Shown here one piece after another: positions 36,312 to 45,154 of a stretch of DNA of 64,000 nt. The position numbers and the translations under genes are program-made. The notes beneath the pieces are model-generated. The model had not been told where the DNA came from and did not search any database. It saw nothing but the letters and a program-made list of their open reading frames with translations. Each line of letters opens with the position of its first letter. The first letter of the stretch is position 1. The DNA comes from Escherichia coli. GTDB lineage: Bacteria > Pseudomonadota > Gammaproteobacteria > Enterobacterales > Enterobacteriaceae. The stretch lies in assembly GCF_046105845.1 (NCBI RefSeq), contig NZ_CP151004.1. The stretch is one strand, 5' to 3'.

Positions 36312-36492
36312 CCAGACGGTTGGGACGTTGCGCCGGATCGGACCAATTTCAAGTCCTGGCTACCGGACGGGTGGTGCTGCAGGTGGTGCCCTGATCCGGA
36401 GTGCAACATCGTGGTCCAACATACGTAAACCAGTATCGACAGGCAGTGTAAGGGTAAGGTGCTGGTGTTGCGCTCCTTAATAAGGAGAGCGG

Positions 36493-36582
36493 ATGGACAC
36501 GCAGACACAAAAGTTAACCGTGCTCATTGCTGTACTGGAGCTATTAGTGGCTCTGTTACGGTTGATTGATTTGTTGAAGTAA
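36493..36582 (+). CDS. zorO: Type I toxin, ZorO/ZorP family (29 aa), copy 1
   Basis: AGGAGAG Shine-Dalgarno then MDTQTQKLTVLIAVLELLVALLRLIDLLK*; which copy is zorO versus zorP cannot be told from sequence alone. Confidence 0.75.
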   Translation: MDTQTQKLTVLIAVLELLVALLRLIDLLK

Positions 36583-36604
36583 TGGGCAAATTGAAACGCA
36601 TCTA

Positions 36605-36634
36605 AGGGGGAATACCGCTTCCCCCTTTAATAAA
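36605..36634 (+). terminator. Terminator of toxin mRNA, copy 1
   Basis: AGGGGGAA-taccgc-TTCCCCCT stem followed by TTAATAAAAT. Confidence 0.4.
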
Positions 36635-36777
36635 ATGATTACATCTTCCATTAATTCACCTGATAACTTTTTTCTTATTTATAAATTCATCGATTTTATA
36701 ATTAACGTACCATTTCGCCGGGATGTGAATATTTATGGTGGCTATTGGCGAAAAATATCTGGAAAGTAGATCGCAGA

Positions 36778-36862
36778 AAATAAAAGAACCTGCTGGTGAG
36801 GCAGGTTCTTTTATTTACTACTTTGATGTTAAGTTACTGATAGTGCAACATGGCATCTCAAC
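36778..36862 (-). ncRNA. Candidate OrzP-like antitoxin sRNA, copy 2
   Basis: Minus-strand TATAAT at 36874-36869 and TTGCAA at 36897-36892 (17-bp spacer); hairpin at 36789-36805 followed by a U-rich tract. Confidence 0.4.
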
Positions 36863-36891
36863 GAACGAATTATAACCACCGCTGGACCGTG

Positions 36892-36919
36892 TTGCAATTA
36901 AGATAATGAGATTTATAAT
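36892..36919 (+). promoter_or_regulatory. Sigma70 promoter of toxin mRNA, copy 2
   Basis: TTGCAA-16 bp-TATAAT. Confidence 0.5.
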
Positions 36920-37100
36920 CCTGACTGTTGGGAAGTTGCGCCGGATCGAACCCATTTCAAGTCCTGGCTACCGGACGGGTGGTGCCGCAGGTAGTGCTCT
37001 GATCCGGAGTGCAACATGGCGACTCAACATACGTAAATCAGTATCGACAGGCAGTGTAAGGGTAAGGTGCTGGTGTTGCGCTCCTTAATAAGGAGAGCGG

Positions 37101-37190
37101 ATGGACACGCTGACACAAAAGTTAACCGTGCTCATTGCCGTACTGGAGCTATTAGTGGCTCTGTTACGGTTGATTGATTTGTTGAAGTAA
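37101..37190 (+). CDS. zorP: Type I toxin, ZorO/ZorP family (29 aa), copy 2
   Basis: MDTLTQKLTVLIAVLELLVALLRLIDLLK*; differs from copy 1 only at codon 4 (CTG Leu versus CAG Gln). Confidence 0.75.
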   Translation: MDTLTQKLTVLIAVLELLVALLRLIDLLK

Positions 37191-37209
37191 TGGGCAAATT
37201 GAAACGCAA

Positions 37210-37563
37210 CTAAGGGGGAAAACCGCTTCCCCCTTTAATAAAGTAATATTCTATTAGTTGGTTGAATATATTCTGTAGTTTACGATTAAAAATTGCTATT
37301 ACAGTTTCAGGTGATTCACCTCGTAATTTCCGCTCATCAATACACTCATCTCTTATATAAATCAACGCATCATTTATTAGCGGGTCAGCATCTTCTCGAT
37401 CACGTTGATGAAATGTTGGACGTAGCCGGAATCGCTCCAGTCGATAGACAGAACCTGTAAATAATTCAGAGCGTTTATGGATCTCAAGCCTGAAGGAAAA
37501 CGGCTCTTCAGGTACAGGGGCCTCATAATCGTAAATAGTGATCAGCTCTTTTTGCACGATCAT
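37210..37563 (-). CDS. yehK: Uncharacterised protein YehK
   Basis: 117-aa ORF starting MIVQKELITIYDYEAP; its last 10 codons lie inside the copy-2 terminator hairpin (37213-37242). Confidence 0.7.
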   Translation of the reverse strand: MIVQKELITIYDYEAPVPEEPFSFRLEIHKRSELFTGSVYRLERFRLRPTFHQRDREDADPLINDALIYIRDECIDERKLRGESPETVIAIFNRKLQNIFNQLIEYYFIKGGSGFPP

Positions 37564-37623
37564 CGCTTTTCCCGGTGGCAGGTCGTGTTAATAACGAGCA
37601 GTCGCATCACTGCCCGCTGTGTT

Positions 37624-40600
37624 TTAATGGAAAATAACGTCGGGTGCGCTTAACGCTTCACTCAAATCAAACACATCAAGTTCGGCAAAAGTGACAGATT
37701 TATTGTCACGGTATACACAAAGAGAACGGAAGCTCATTAGCGCTTTGCTATCAACATTGTAGCGGTTAAAACTGGATGAAAACTTAAGGACCAGCCGGTA
37801 CTCGCCCAGGCCATAGACAAATGCGTCCTCATAGCCTGACTCCCAGCCTTTGTATCGCATTCCCATAAGCTGCCCAACGGTAGCGGATTTACCTTCCCAG
37901 CGAGTCAGGCTGTTACTGGTTGACTCGTCAGGCGTGAGCAGCACCGTGCGGCGCGACAACTGGCGAAAAGGCGGCATAATTTCGTAATCGGCAAAAAGCT
38001 GTGCAAATTCACTGCGCATTTCTGCTGTCATTTCTAACGGGTGGGCAATGCCAATCAGAGCATCCGCAGGAAGGTCAATGGGCTCATCCTGCGCATTGCA
38101 GAACTCCCCCTCAGCGGCCACACGAAAGGCGTTGAGTAAACGACGCGGTTCATTTGCCGGATAAACACCCCATATTAATCGCTGAGTAACCAGGCGGGTA
38201 AAGGGATGATTAACAAACAGAGAACGAAAATCTGCCAGCGACCAGCGTCGGATGGTGCGCAGGGCCGTTTCAAGACGCGGGAGCAGGTTTTTGCTCACCT
38301 GAGTAGCATCTTTTTTTAGCCCTTTTAGTCGTGCCAGTGCCTCGGGCGCTTTCAGTTGATCGTCATCGGCGCGCAACCGTGGAACGCTTTTCTGGCGAAC
38401 GTTTTGCTGATCAAAGATAACCGGGTTGAGGTTTTCATCGAAGCGAACGGTAAACTGCCGGGGACCAAAATCAAAACTCAACGCCTGCGGATCATCAAGG
38501 CCCAGTGTTGGGACTAATCTGTCCGCTAACTCTTCCTGGCTTAGCCCGCGATTTTCTGCGACTACCTGAAGAAATTCCGCCGCGTTATCACGTAAGGGGC
38601 GGGATTTCGCCCGTTGCGATATATGATGCAGCTGCATCAGCGCCATATCATTATTCATCAGGGTAAGGATGTTCAGGCCACTGACAGCACGGGCAGATTT
38701 GCCTTCTTGTGGCCAGGCGAGGATCTGTGTCGTCAGATCCCGAGCCGTGCTTTCGTCACCAAAGAGACTTAACGCCAGAAATGCCCAGTTGTCTTTTGCA
38801 GGGGCACCAGCTTGTTGCCAGGCGGTGAAGAGATCCCAGGCAAAAGCTGCGAGCGTTTGTGGTTGGCAAAACGTTTTCAGTTGTTCCAGCCCGCTATAAA
38901 AACGTCCCCCCTGGGTAAAGCGCAGCATTTCGCCGATAATTTCCAGAGCGTCATCGGTAACAGGTTGATTATTAGTGATAAGGCGCGGCCTGGACCACAT
39001 TTGCGGATGCCAGAAATCAGGGGCTTTTGGCATGCGCGCCGGGTAAATTTCCAGCGGGTTCTGGGTAAGTATTTTTTCCAGGGCTGGCCACACATCAGCA
39101 CGATCCCAGCGGTTTGCCACGGTTTGTAGTAATTCGCCATGTCCCTGTTCGTAAAGTAAACGCAGGGCAAATAATGCAGCTTCGCTATTATCGCTGGATT
39201 TAATGAAGACAAGAGGGATAAGTGCAGTAGCCGTATGTTCCGGCCATTGTAAAATCCACTGGCGGGCCAGATCACGCTGCGCCGCGAAACGTCGCCAGAC
39301 GCGGGCAACGGGCAGGGCCAGTTCGGTTGCGCCGAAATTTAAAATTAACGGAAATGTTTCTTTTGGACGATGTGAAAAAGCCAACAGCAGACCTGGTAGA
39401 GCATCCAATCCGAAGATACTGAGAAAATAGTCCTCACCCGCAGACAGATGCTTTTTCTCATTGATACGTAGCCAGAAAGTCAAAGCCATCTCACGCGGCA
39501 ACTGCGCCAATAAATACAGGTTCCAGATACTCTTTTCCCGACGATAGCGTGAGTAGCTGTCATTTTCCCATATGTTAATTAACACTTCTACGTGACCGCT
39601 GCGAAGCGCCTGTTCTGCTAATTGAGCTTCCGGGGAGCTCCAGCCATTCATGATCTCTTCAACCCGCCCTGGGTAGTAATGCCACTGAACAATGAGTGAA
39701 TTGCGTGCAGCATCCAGTTTTCCGGGGAGTATATAATTCAAAAACAGCCATACATCATCTCCAAAACCCAGCTCCTGTAGTACAACTCGTCCACTTTTAT
39801 GTTCCATGCGTTCCGCAAGAGATTCCGTGCTGAAATAACGGGCAGACTCAGTGGCGGCAAGCCTCTCTCGTTCGCCTGGTTGCCAGTAAACTTGCGGCGT
39901 TAATTCGAACGGTGCCAAATCAAGACGTGGAACTGTCATTTTTTTCTTACTACGCCACGGTGGTGAAACGAGGATTTCAGGCAGATTGCTGTTATCGGTG
40001 CCATCAATAACCGGTTTGGGCGGTGCCGATAAATAACTATTCAGCACTGCCCGGGCTTGAGTACTTAACCACGGCATCACTTCTGCTGCCAGTTGTGGCT
40101 GCGATGCCATCAGCGTTTGTAACAGTGTACGCCAGTATTCATCTCGAGCTTTTTGCTGTGCAGGCAGCTTTTTGTCTTCGATGATTGGATAACCAGGGCG
40201 CGCAGGTGGTTCTTTTAGCGCCAGAAGCTCTGCCAGTGCGGCAAGCGTCGCATGGGGGAAATTTTTACTGTATTTAGCTACACGTTGCAGGCTGGGTTTG
40301 TTTTTATCAGCAACTAACAGCAGGGTGCGGATGACCTGCGGATGGTTAATTTGTACCAGCAGACTGCCGCAATCTTCTTTATGGGCATACATTGCCAGGC
40401 GTGGAACGGCTGCCAGTCCTTGTTCGCGCAAAAGGGCAGCGCAGGCCGCGTAGCCGAAGTGGTTTTCATGCGACATGTAGCTGGCTTCCCGATCGCTAAA
40501 TATATCCTGGCTCCAGTAGCGTTCGAGTTTTTTCACCGCTCTGGGGTCATTAGCAACAACTTTTAACCACTCCTTAGAATGAAAATGAGTCCGCGGGCAT

Positions 40601-41256
40601 TCAAGGTCTACCAACTCATTGGCGATTTCTGGTTTTTCCGGGAGGATCAGCGCAATAAAAGGGCGGCGAACTTTGGTTATTCCTGGCAGTGCGGCAATGA
40701 GTTTGTCGGCGCAACGCTGCCAGCTGCTTTCCTCTGCCAGAGAGAGATGCTTACGCAGTCGGAGATCGAATTCGTTATAGGTTTCTGAGCGATAACCATA
40801 GCCATAATCCTCGTCCTGATACTGCAATGTCACTAGCAGAGGATCACTTTCATAACACCGTGCAATAAACTGGCGTGCAATCACCACCTCAGTCGCATAT
40901 TCCAGTCCCTCTTGTTGGACGATTTCGTCGAGCAACTGTTGGCTATCATTTTGCGCGATACAGGCTAGCGCCGCCATTGTCCGGGCCGGAACTGAGGGTT
41001 TGTGTTCTCCGATCAAGTTGATGGCCTGCGTAATGGCCGACTGCCACTCCAGTGAAAAATTTTCATAACGCCAGACAATGTTTTTTTTCTTCTCAGCTTT
41101 TTGTAGCAATTCATCACCCAGTGTCTGGATGAGGCTTTCAGTGATAACAGGCACTGGTTCGCCCGGCCAACTGCGATGGCTGAGCGGCGTTTTGCCTTTT
41201 TTATATTTCAGTTCCACTTGGGCGTTATCCGCCAGCCACGGTAATTCCTTGTCCAT
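37624..41256 (-). CDS. yehI: Large DUF4132-family protein YehI
   Basis: 1210-aa ORF; extensive paralogy with molR (RLRKHLSLAEESSWQRCADKLIAALPGI versus RLRKHLALAEETLWQRCVDKFITALPDI). Confidence 0.93.
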   Translation of the reverse strand: MDKELPWLADNAQVELKYKKGKTPLSHRSWPGEPVPVITESLIQTLGDELLQKAEKKKNIVWRYENFSLEWQSAITQAINLIGEHKPSVPARTMAALACIAQNDSQQLLDEIVQQEGLEYATEVVIARQFIARCYESDPLLVTLQYQDEDYGYGYRSETYNEFDLRLRKHLSLAEESSWQRCADKLIAALPGITKVRRPFIALILPEKPEIANELVDLECPRTHFHSKEWLKVVANDPRAVKKLERYWSQDIFSDREASYMSHENHFGYAACAALLREQGLAAVPRLAMYAHKEDCGSLLVQINHPQVIRTLLLVADKNKPSLQRVAKYSKNFPHATLAALAELLALKEPPARPGYPIIEDKKLPAQQKARDEYWRTLLQTLMASQPQLAAEVMPWLSTQARAVLNSYLSAPPKPVIDGTDNSNLPEILVSPPWRSKKKMTVPRLDLAPFELTPQVYWQPGERERLAATESARYFSTESLAERMEHKSGRVVLQELGFGDDVWLFLNYILPGKLDAARNSLIVQWHYYPGRVEEIMNGWSSPEAQLAEQALRSGHVEVLINIWENDSYSRYRREKSIWNLYLLAQLPREMALTFWLRINEKKHLSAGEDYFLSIFGLDALPGLLLAFSHRPKETFPLILNFGATELALPVARVWRRFAAQRDLARQWILQWPEHTATALIPLVFIKSSDNSEAALFALRLLYEQGHGELLQTVANRWDRADVWPALEKILTQNPLEIYPARMPKAPDFWHPQMWSRPRLITNNQPVTDDALEIIGEMLRFTQGGRFYSGLEQLKTFCQPQTLAAFAWDLFTAWQQAGAPAKDNWAFLALSLFGDESTARDLTTQILAWPQEGKSARAVSGLNILTLMNNDMALMQLHHISQRAKSRPLRDNAAEFLQVVAENRGLSQEELADRLVPTLGLDDPQALSFDFGPRQFTVRFDENLNPVIFDQQNVRQKSVPRLRADDDQLKAPEALARLKGLKKDATQVSKNLLPRLETALRTIRRWSLADFRSLFVNHPFTRLVTQRLIWGVYPANEPRRLLNAFRVAAEGEFCNAQDEPIDLPADALIGIAHPLEMTAEMRSEFAQLFADYEIMPPFRQLSRRTVLLTPDESTSNSLTRWEGKSATVGQLMGMRYKGWESGYEDAFVYGLGEYRLVLKFSSSFNRYNVDSKALMSFRSLCVYRDNKSVTFAELDVFDLSEALSAPDVIFH

Positions 41257-41265
41257 GCTCTTTCC

Positions 41266-44200
41266 TTATTCAAACAGGGCTTCAATATCGTTAATGAGTT
41301 CGCTGGCGGTGATGTCGTCGAGCACGGAGAACTGCGCTTCCTGTGTTGAATTACTCCCCCAGCCATAGCTTTCCGCTTTGCCTTCCCATAGCCACAGCTT
41401 ACTCAAGAGTTGCTCGGCACTGAGTTCGGCTGGCGACATGCCGACCGCAAAACCTTCATCGATTTTCATGATTAACGACCAGCGGCCCAGCGGTTTGATC
41501 ATCCAGCCGATCCAGCCACCGTCCTGCGGTTCACCACGCATCCAGCCTTTATTCGCCAGCCCCATTACCCGACCGCTCGGGCATTTTCTGCCTGCCCAGC
41601 GGGTCAATTCGCTGGCATTGCGCTCGGTTTCTGTCAGGGCGTAACTGTTACGGTCGAGCTGGCGGAACGGCGGTAGCAGTTCGTAGTCGGCAAAAAGTTG
41701 ACCAAAGGCGGCAGCATCCGTGGGTGATATTTCCAGAACGTGAGGAATCCAACAGAGATATCGCCTTCCGGCAGGGTGAAAAGATCATCGTCTGCGGTGC
41801 TGTAGCTGTTATCTTCCGCCACGCGAAAGCAAGCCAGTAGCTCGTTTTCGGTGCTATAAACGCCCCAAATCAGACGGCGGGTTAAGTGACGAACCAGCGG
41901 ATGCTCAACCAGGAAGAGCTGAAAGTTTTCCGGCGACCAGCGGCGGCGCAGGCACATGGCGGATTCCAGCCTTGCTACCTGCTGGGCGGCGACGGTACGC
42001 GCATCTTTTTTCAGCAATTTGTAGCGGTTAACAGCATCGTTTGCCTGTGATTCATCATCGCTTTTATTGGGTTTAGGTAAGTCTTTCAGGCGGCTGCCGG
42101 AAACATCGCGCACAAACGGTTTTAAGGTTTCATCAAAGCTGACGGTGAACTGGCGTGGGCCAAAATCCAGCAGCAGCGAACCGTTATCATCCAGACCGAG
42201 ATCCGGTGCTAACCGATCTTCAAGCTCCGCTACCGTCAGTTCGCGACTCTCGGCAATGTCGGCAATTTTTTCTTTTGCCCGCTCCTGTAATGCTTTGAAT
42301 TTCAGTTTCTGGGCGATCCCGTTAAGCTGCATCAGGGCGATATCACTACCGATAGCAGCGAGAATATCCAGCCCGACGGTGGCGCGTTTATGCTGGGATT
42401 CACCAGGCCAGGCGCGAATCAAAGGCGTCAGTTTGCGGGCGGTGTCGTCGTTACCGAGAACGCCTAACGCAGTGAACGCCCAGCTCTCTTTCGATGGTGC
42501 GCCAGCGGCCAGCCAGGCGGTAAACAGATCCCAGGTAAATTCAGCCAGTGAGTCGGCGGTACAGGCGGCTTTCACCTGCAATAATCCCGGATACAGTGCC
42601 TCTTCCTGAGGGAAGCGGAGCATTTCACCGAGGCGTAGGAGGGCGCTATCTGGCAGTGATTGGGCATTTGCTTTTAATACCGGGCGGGTCCAGATCGATG
42701 GCTGATAAAAGGCCGGAAGAGTGGGGATTTTTGTCGGGTGATTATCTAAGGGATCGAGCGCAAGCATAGCGTTCACCGCATCTATTACTTCCGGCTGGTT
42801 ATAACGCCGGGCGATTTCTTGCAGTAATGGCTGATGATCGTTTTCGATAAGCATACGCAAGGCAGCGCGGGCGTTATCCTGGGCTTCACCGGCTTTGCCG
42901 AGCGCCGCAGGCAGTAGGCCGGTAATGGCGTGTTCCGGGTATTTCAGCAGCCAGGTGCGGGCGTCTTGTCGTAGGGTTTTGAGTTTGTTGAAGGCGCGGG
43001 CGATCAGTGGCGCTAATTCGATAGCCGCAAAATATTGTGCTACAGGCAGAGCTTCTTGTGGATAGCGTGAAAAGGAGTGAATAAAACCCTGTAACCCAGT
43101 GAGTTGCAGGTGCGTCATGACAAACTCGACACCGACGTGTGGCTCTTTACTGAGGACATTCCACGCCTGCGCTGTCTTTTCGATAGGCAGGGCGGCTAAC
43201 ATGTAAAGCTGCCATTCCCGTTGATAGGAGTGCCAGAAGGTTTTAAATTCGCTGATCAGCGCGGAATAATGTCCCCTTTGCCAGAGATCTATAGCAGCAT
43301 CAGGCGCTTTCATATACTGGCCATTATTCCAGCGATTGAAACCCAGACGTGCCAGGTAGTTCTGAATATCCTCTTTTTGGCCGATGTCTATTTGATGTGC
43401 GTGCCAGCGATGCCTTGCATGAATCTCTTTTTCTGCCGTCTCGGTCAATGTGCAGCATGACTCCAACGATAATGGCGTTAAATCCAATACCGGTATAACA
43501 GATTTTTTCTTTTTCGAAAGCCAGGGCGGTGAGACTAATACGGCAGGCAGTAGATCGGCGCAGGCATGGTTTGAGGGCTGTGTCAGTTGTTGCAGGCATG
43601 CTTTCAGCACTGCAACTGCGGGTGTTGAGAGCCAGGGAGTGACCTGATCTGCCAGTGCCGGTTGCGAGATAAGCATCGTCATCAGCATAATGCGCCAACT
43701 ATTCTCTTCTTTTTGCGCAAGAAGTTCCGCCAGTGCCGCCAGTGCCGTGTGTGGGAACGCAGCGCAAGCCTTAGTCATTCGTTCATGGCAGCGTTTAGTT
43801 TTGCCAGACACACGTATAAGTAGCATTAATGCTTGTGGGTGATTGATCTCTGCGAGAATGCTTCCGCAAAGATCAGCATAAGCATAGGGGGCGAAGCGAG
43901 CGATTCCAGCAATCCCTTGCTCCTGCAAAACGGTGACATTCCAGATGCAACCATGGTAATAGTCATTAAAAAGGTCGTACGCGCAATAAGATTCCAGTGC
44001 TTTGAGTAAGGAAGATTCTTGAACAACAAGTTTCAGCCATTCAACAGTTTGGACATTTTTCTGCTTCAGTAACCGTCGTGCGACTTCTTCTGCAATCTCC
44101 GGGCGTTCCGGTAGCATTAGCGCTACCATCGGTTGTTGAACGGGAGGAATATCAGGTAAAGCTGTAATGAATTTATCTACACAGCGTTGCCACAAAGTTT

Positions 44201-45014
44201 CTTCTGCAAGAGCCAAATGCTTACGCAGTCGAACGTCAAAGGGGGTAACACAATGTGCATGGTTTAATAATGGCTGAAAAGTAATGTGTATGCTTGTTCT
44301 GTGATAAGCGCAATCGAACGAGATATATTGCATGGCAATAAACATATCCACGGCAAATTCTAGTCCGTAGACATAGACAATTTCATCCATGAGTTCAGGG
44401 CATTCGCCCCAGAATTTACGCGAAACCAGACCAACCTGTACAGCCAACGCAGCAGGAGAAAGTGGACCATTAGCGAGAGCTTCATTGATATTCTGCTGCC
44501 AGTTAGCAGAACATGCACTGAAATCGTATGTTGTTAATTTTCCTGATAGATTATGAATATCCTGACCTAAATTCATAAGGAGGCTGTCTTGTGGTTCGCT
44601 TACAGCATCCCCAGGAAAACGTCGGGAAGGTAAGGCCTCCTGAGACTTTTTCTCCGATAGATGGATAGTGGAATCATCTGTAAGCCACGGGCATGGTGTC
44701 TCAGCAGGTTCAGCAACCATACTTTGGTCAAATACGACAGTGGTTTCTGCCACGCCAGTTGTATCTACTTCGATCGTTTCTATTTTGATTGCGGTTTGGG
44801 ATGGCGAAGATAATTCTTCCACATACCCCTTCTTCACCTTCTCCGCAATCAGCTTCAGTCCCGCTTTTTCCGCCGCTGCTGCATCCGCAAAACTTTTTAC
44901 CTGGCTTTGTCCGTTGGTGCCGACTTTACCCCAGTTGATGTGCAGTTCGTTTCCCTGCTGCTCCACCGCCCAGAATTTATGTGATTTTTCGTCCTGATAG
45001 ATAAAGTGTTTCAT
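41266..45014 (-). pseudogene. molR: molR (yehH): WGR-domain/DUF4132 giant protein gene with a frameshift near the C-terminus
   Basis: ORFs 41634-45014 (1126 aa) and 41266-41607 are in different frames; the second frame continues the YehI-like C-terminal homology (ISPTDAAAFGQLFADYELLPPFRQL...); N-terminus has a WGR-like motif (KFWAVEQQGNELHINWGKVGTNG). Confidence 0.8.
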
Positions 45015-45154
45015 TCTGCATCCCTGTAATTTTATCCAGTTGAATGCTGATGCTACCAGTATTTATGCGGGTTAGAGAGAGACAAAATCGCAAGAAAACA
45101 ACTTTAGGAATTTATAAAGAAAAGGCGCTGTCGATGCAGCGCCTTGAAGGGGGA

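Larger units (their letters stand above)
36140..36636 (+). repeat. Repeat unit 1 of a tandemly duplicated type I toxin-antitoxin module (about 90 percent identical to unit 2)
   Basis: About 497 bp re-occurring at 36750-37234 after a roughly 110-bp AT-rich spacer; contains divergent promoters, an sRNA region, a long 5' UTR and a 29-codon toxin ORF. Confidence 0.85.
36750..37234 (+). repeat. Repeat unit 2 of the tandem toxin-antitoxin module
   Basis: Collinear with unit 1; same promoter, UTR, Shine-Dalgarno, ORF and terminator architecture. Confidence 0.85.

Noticed and set aside
36274-36480. 68-codon plus-strand ORF, and its twin at 36906-37088
   Set aside because: Both lie within the long structured 5' UTRs of the toxin mRNAs and end just before the true 29-codon toxin ORFs; Arg/Gly-rich translations; no independent start signals.
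42067-42609. 180-codon Ser-rich plus-strand ORF, with a similar one at 38669-38899
   Set aside because: Antisense shadows of molR and yehI; their mutual similarity just reflects the paralogy of the sense-strand genes.
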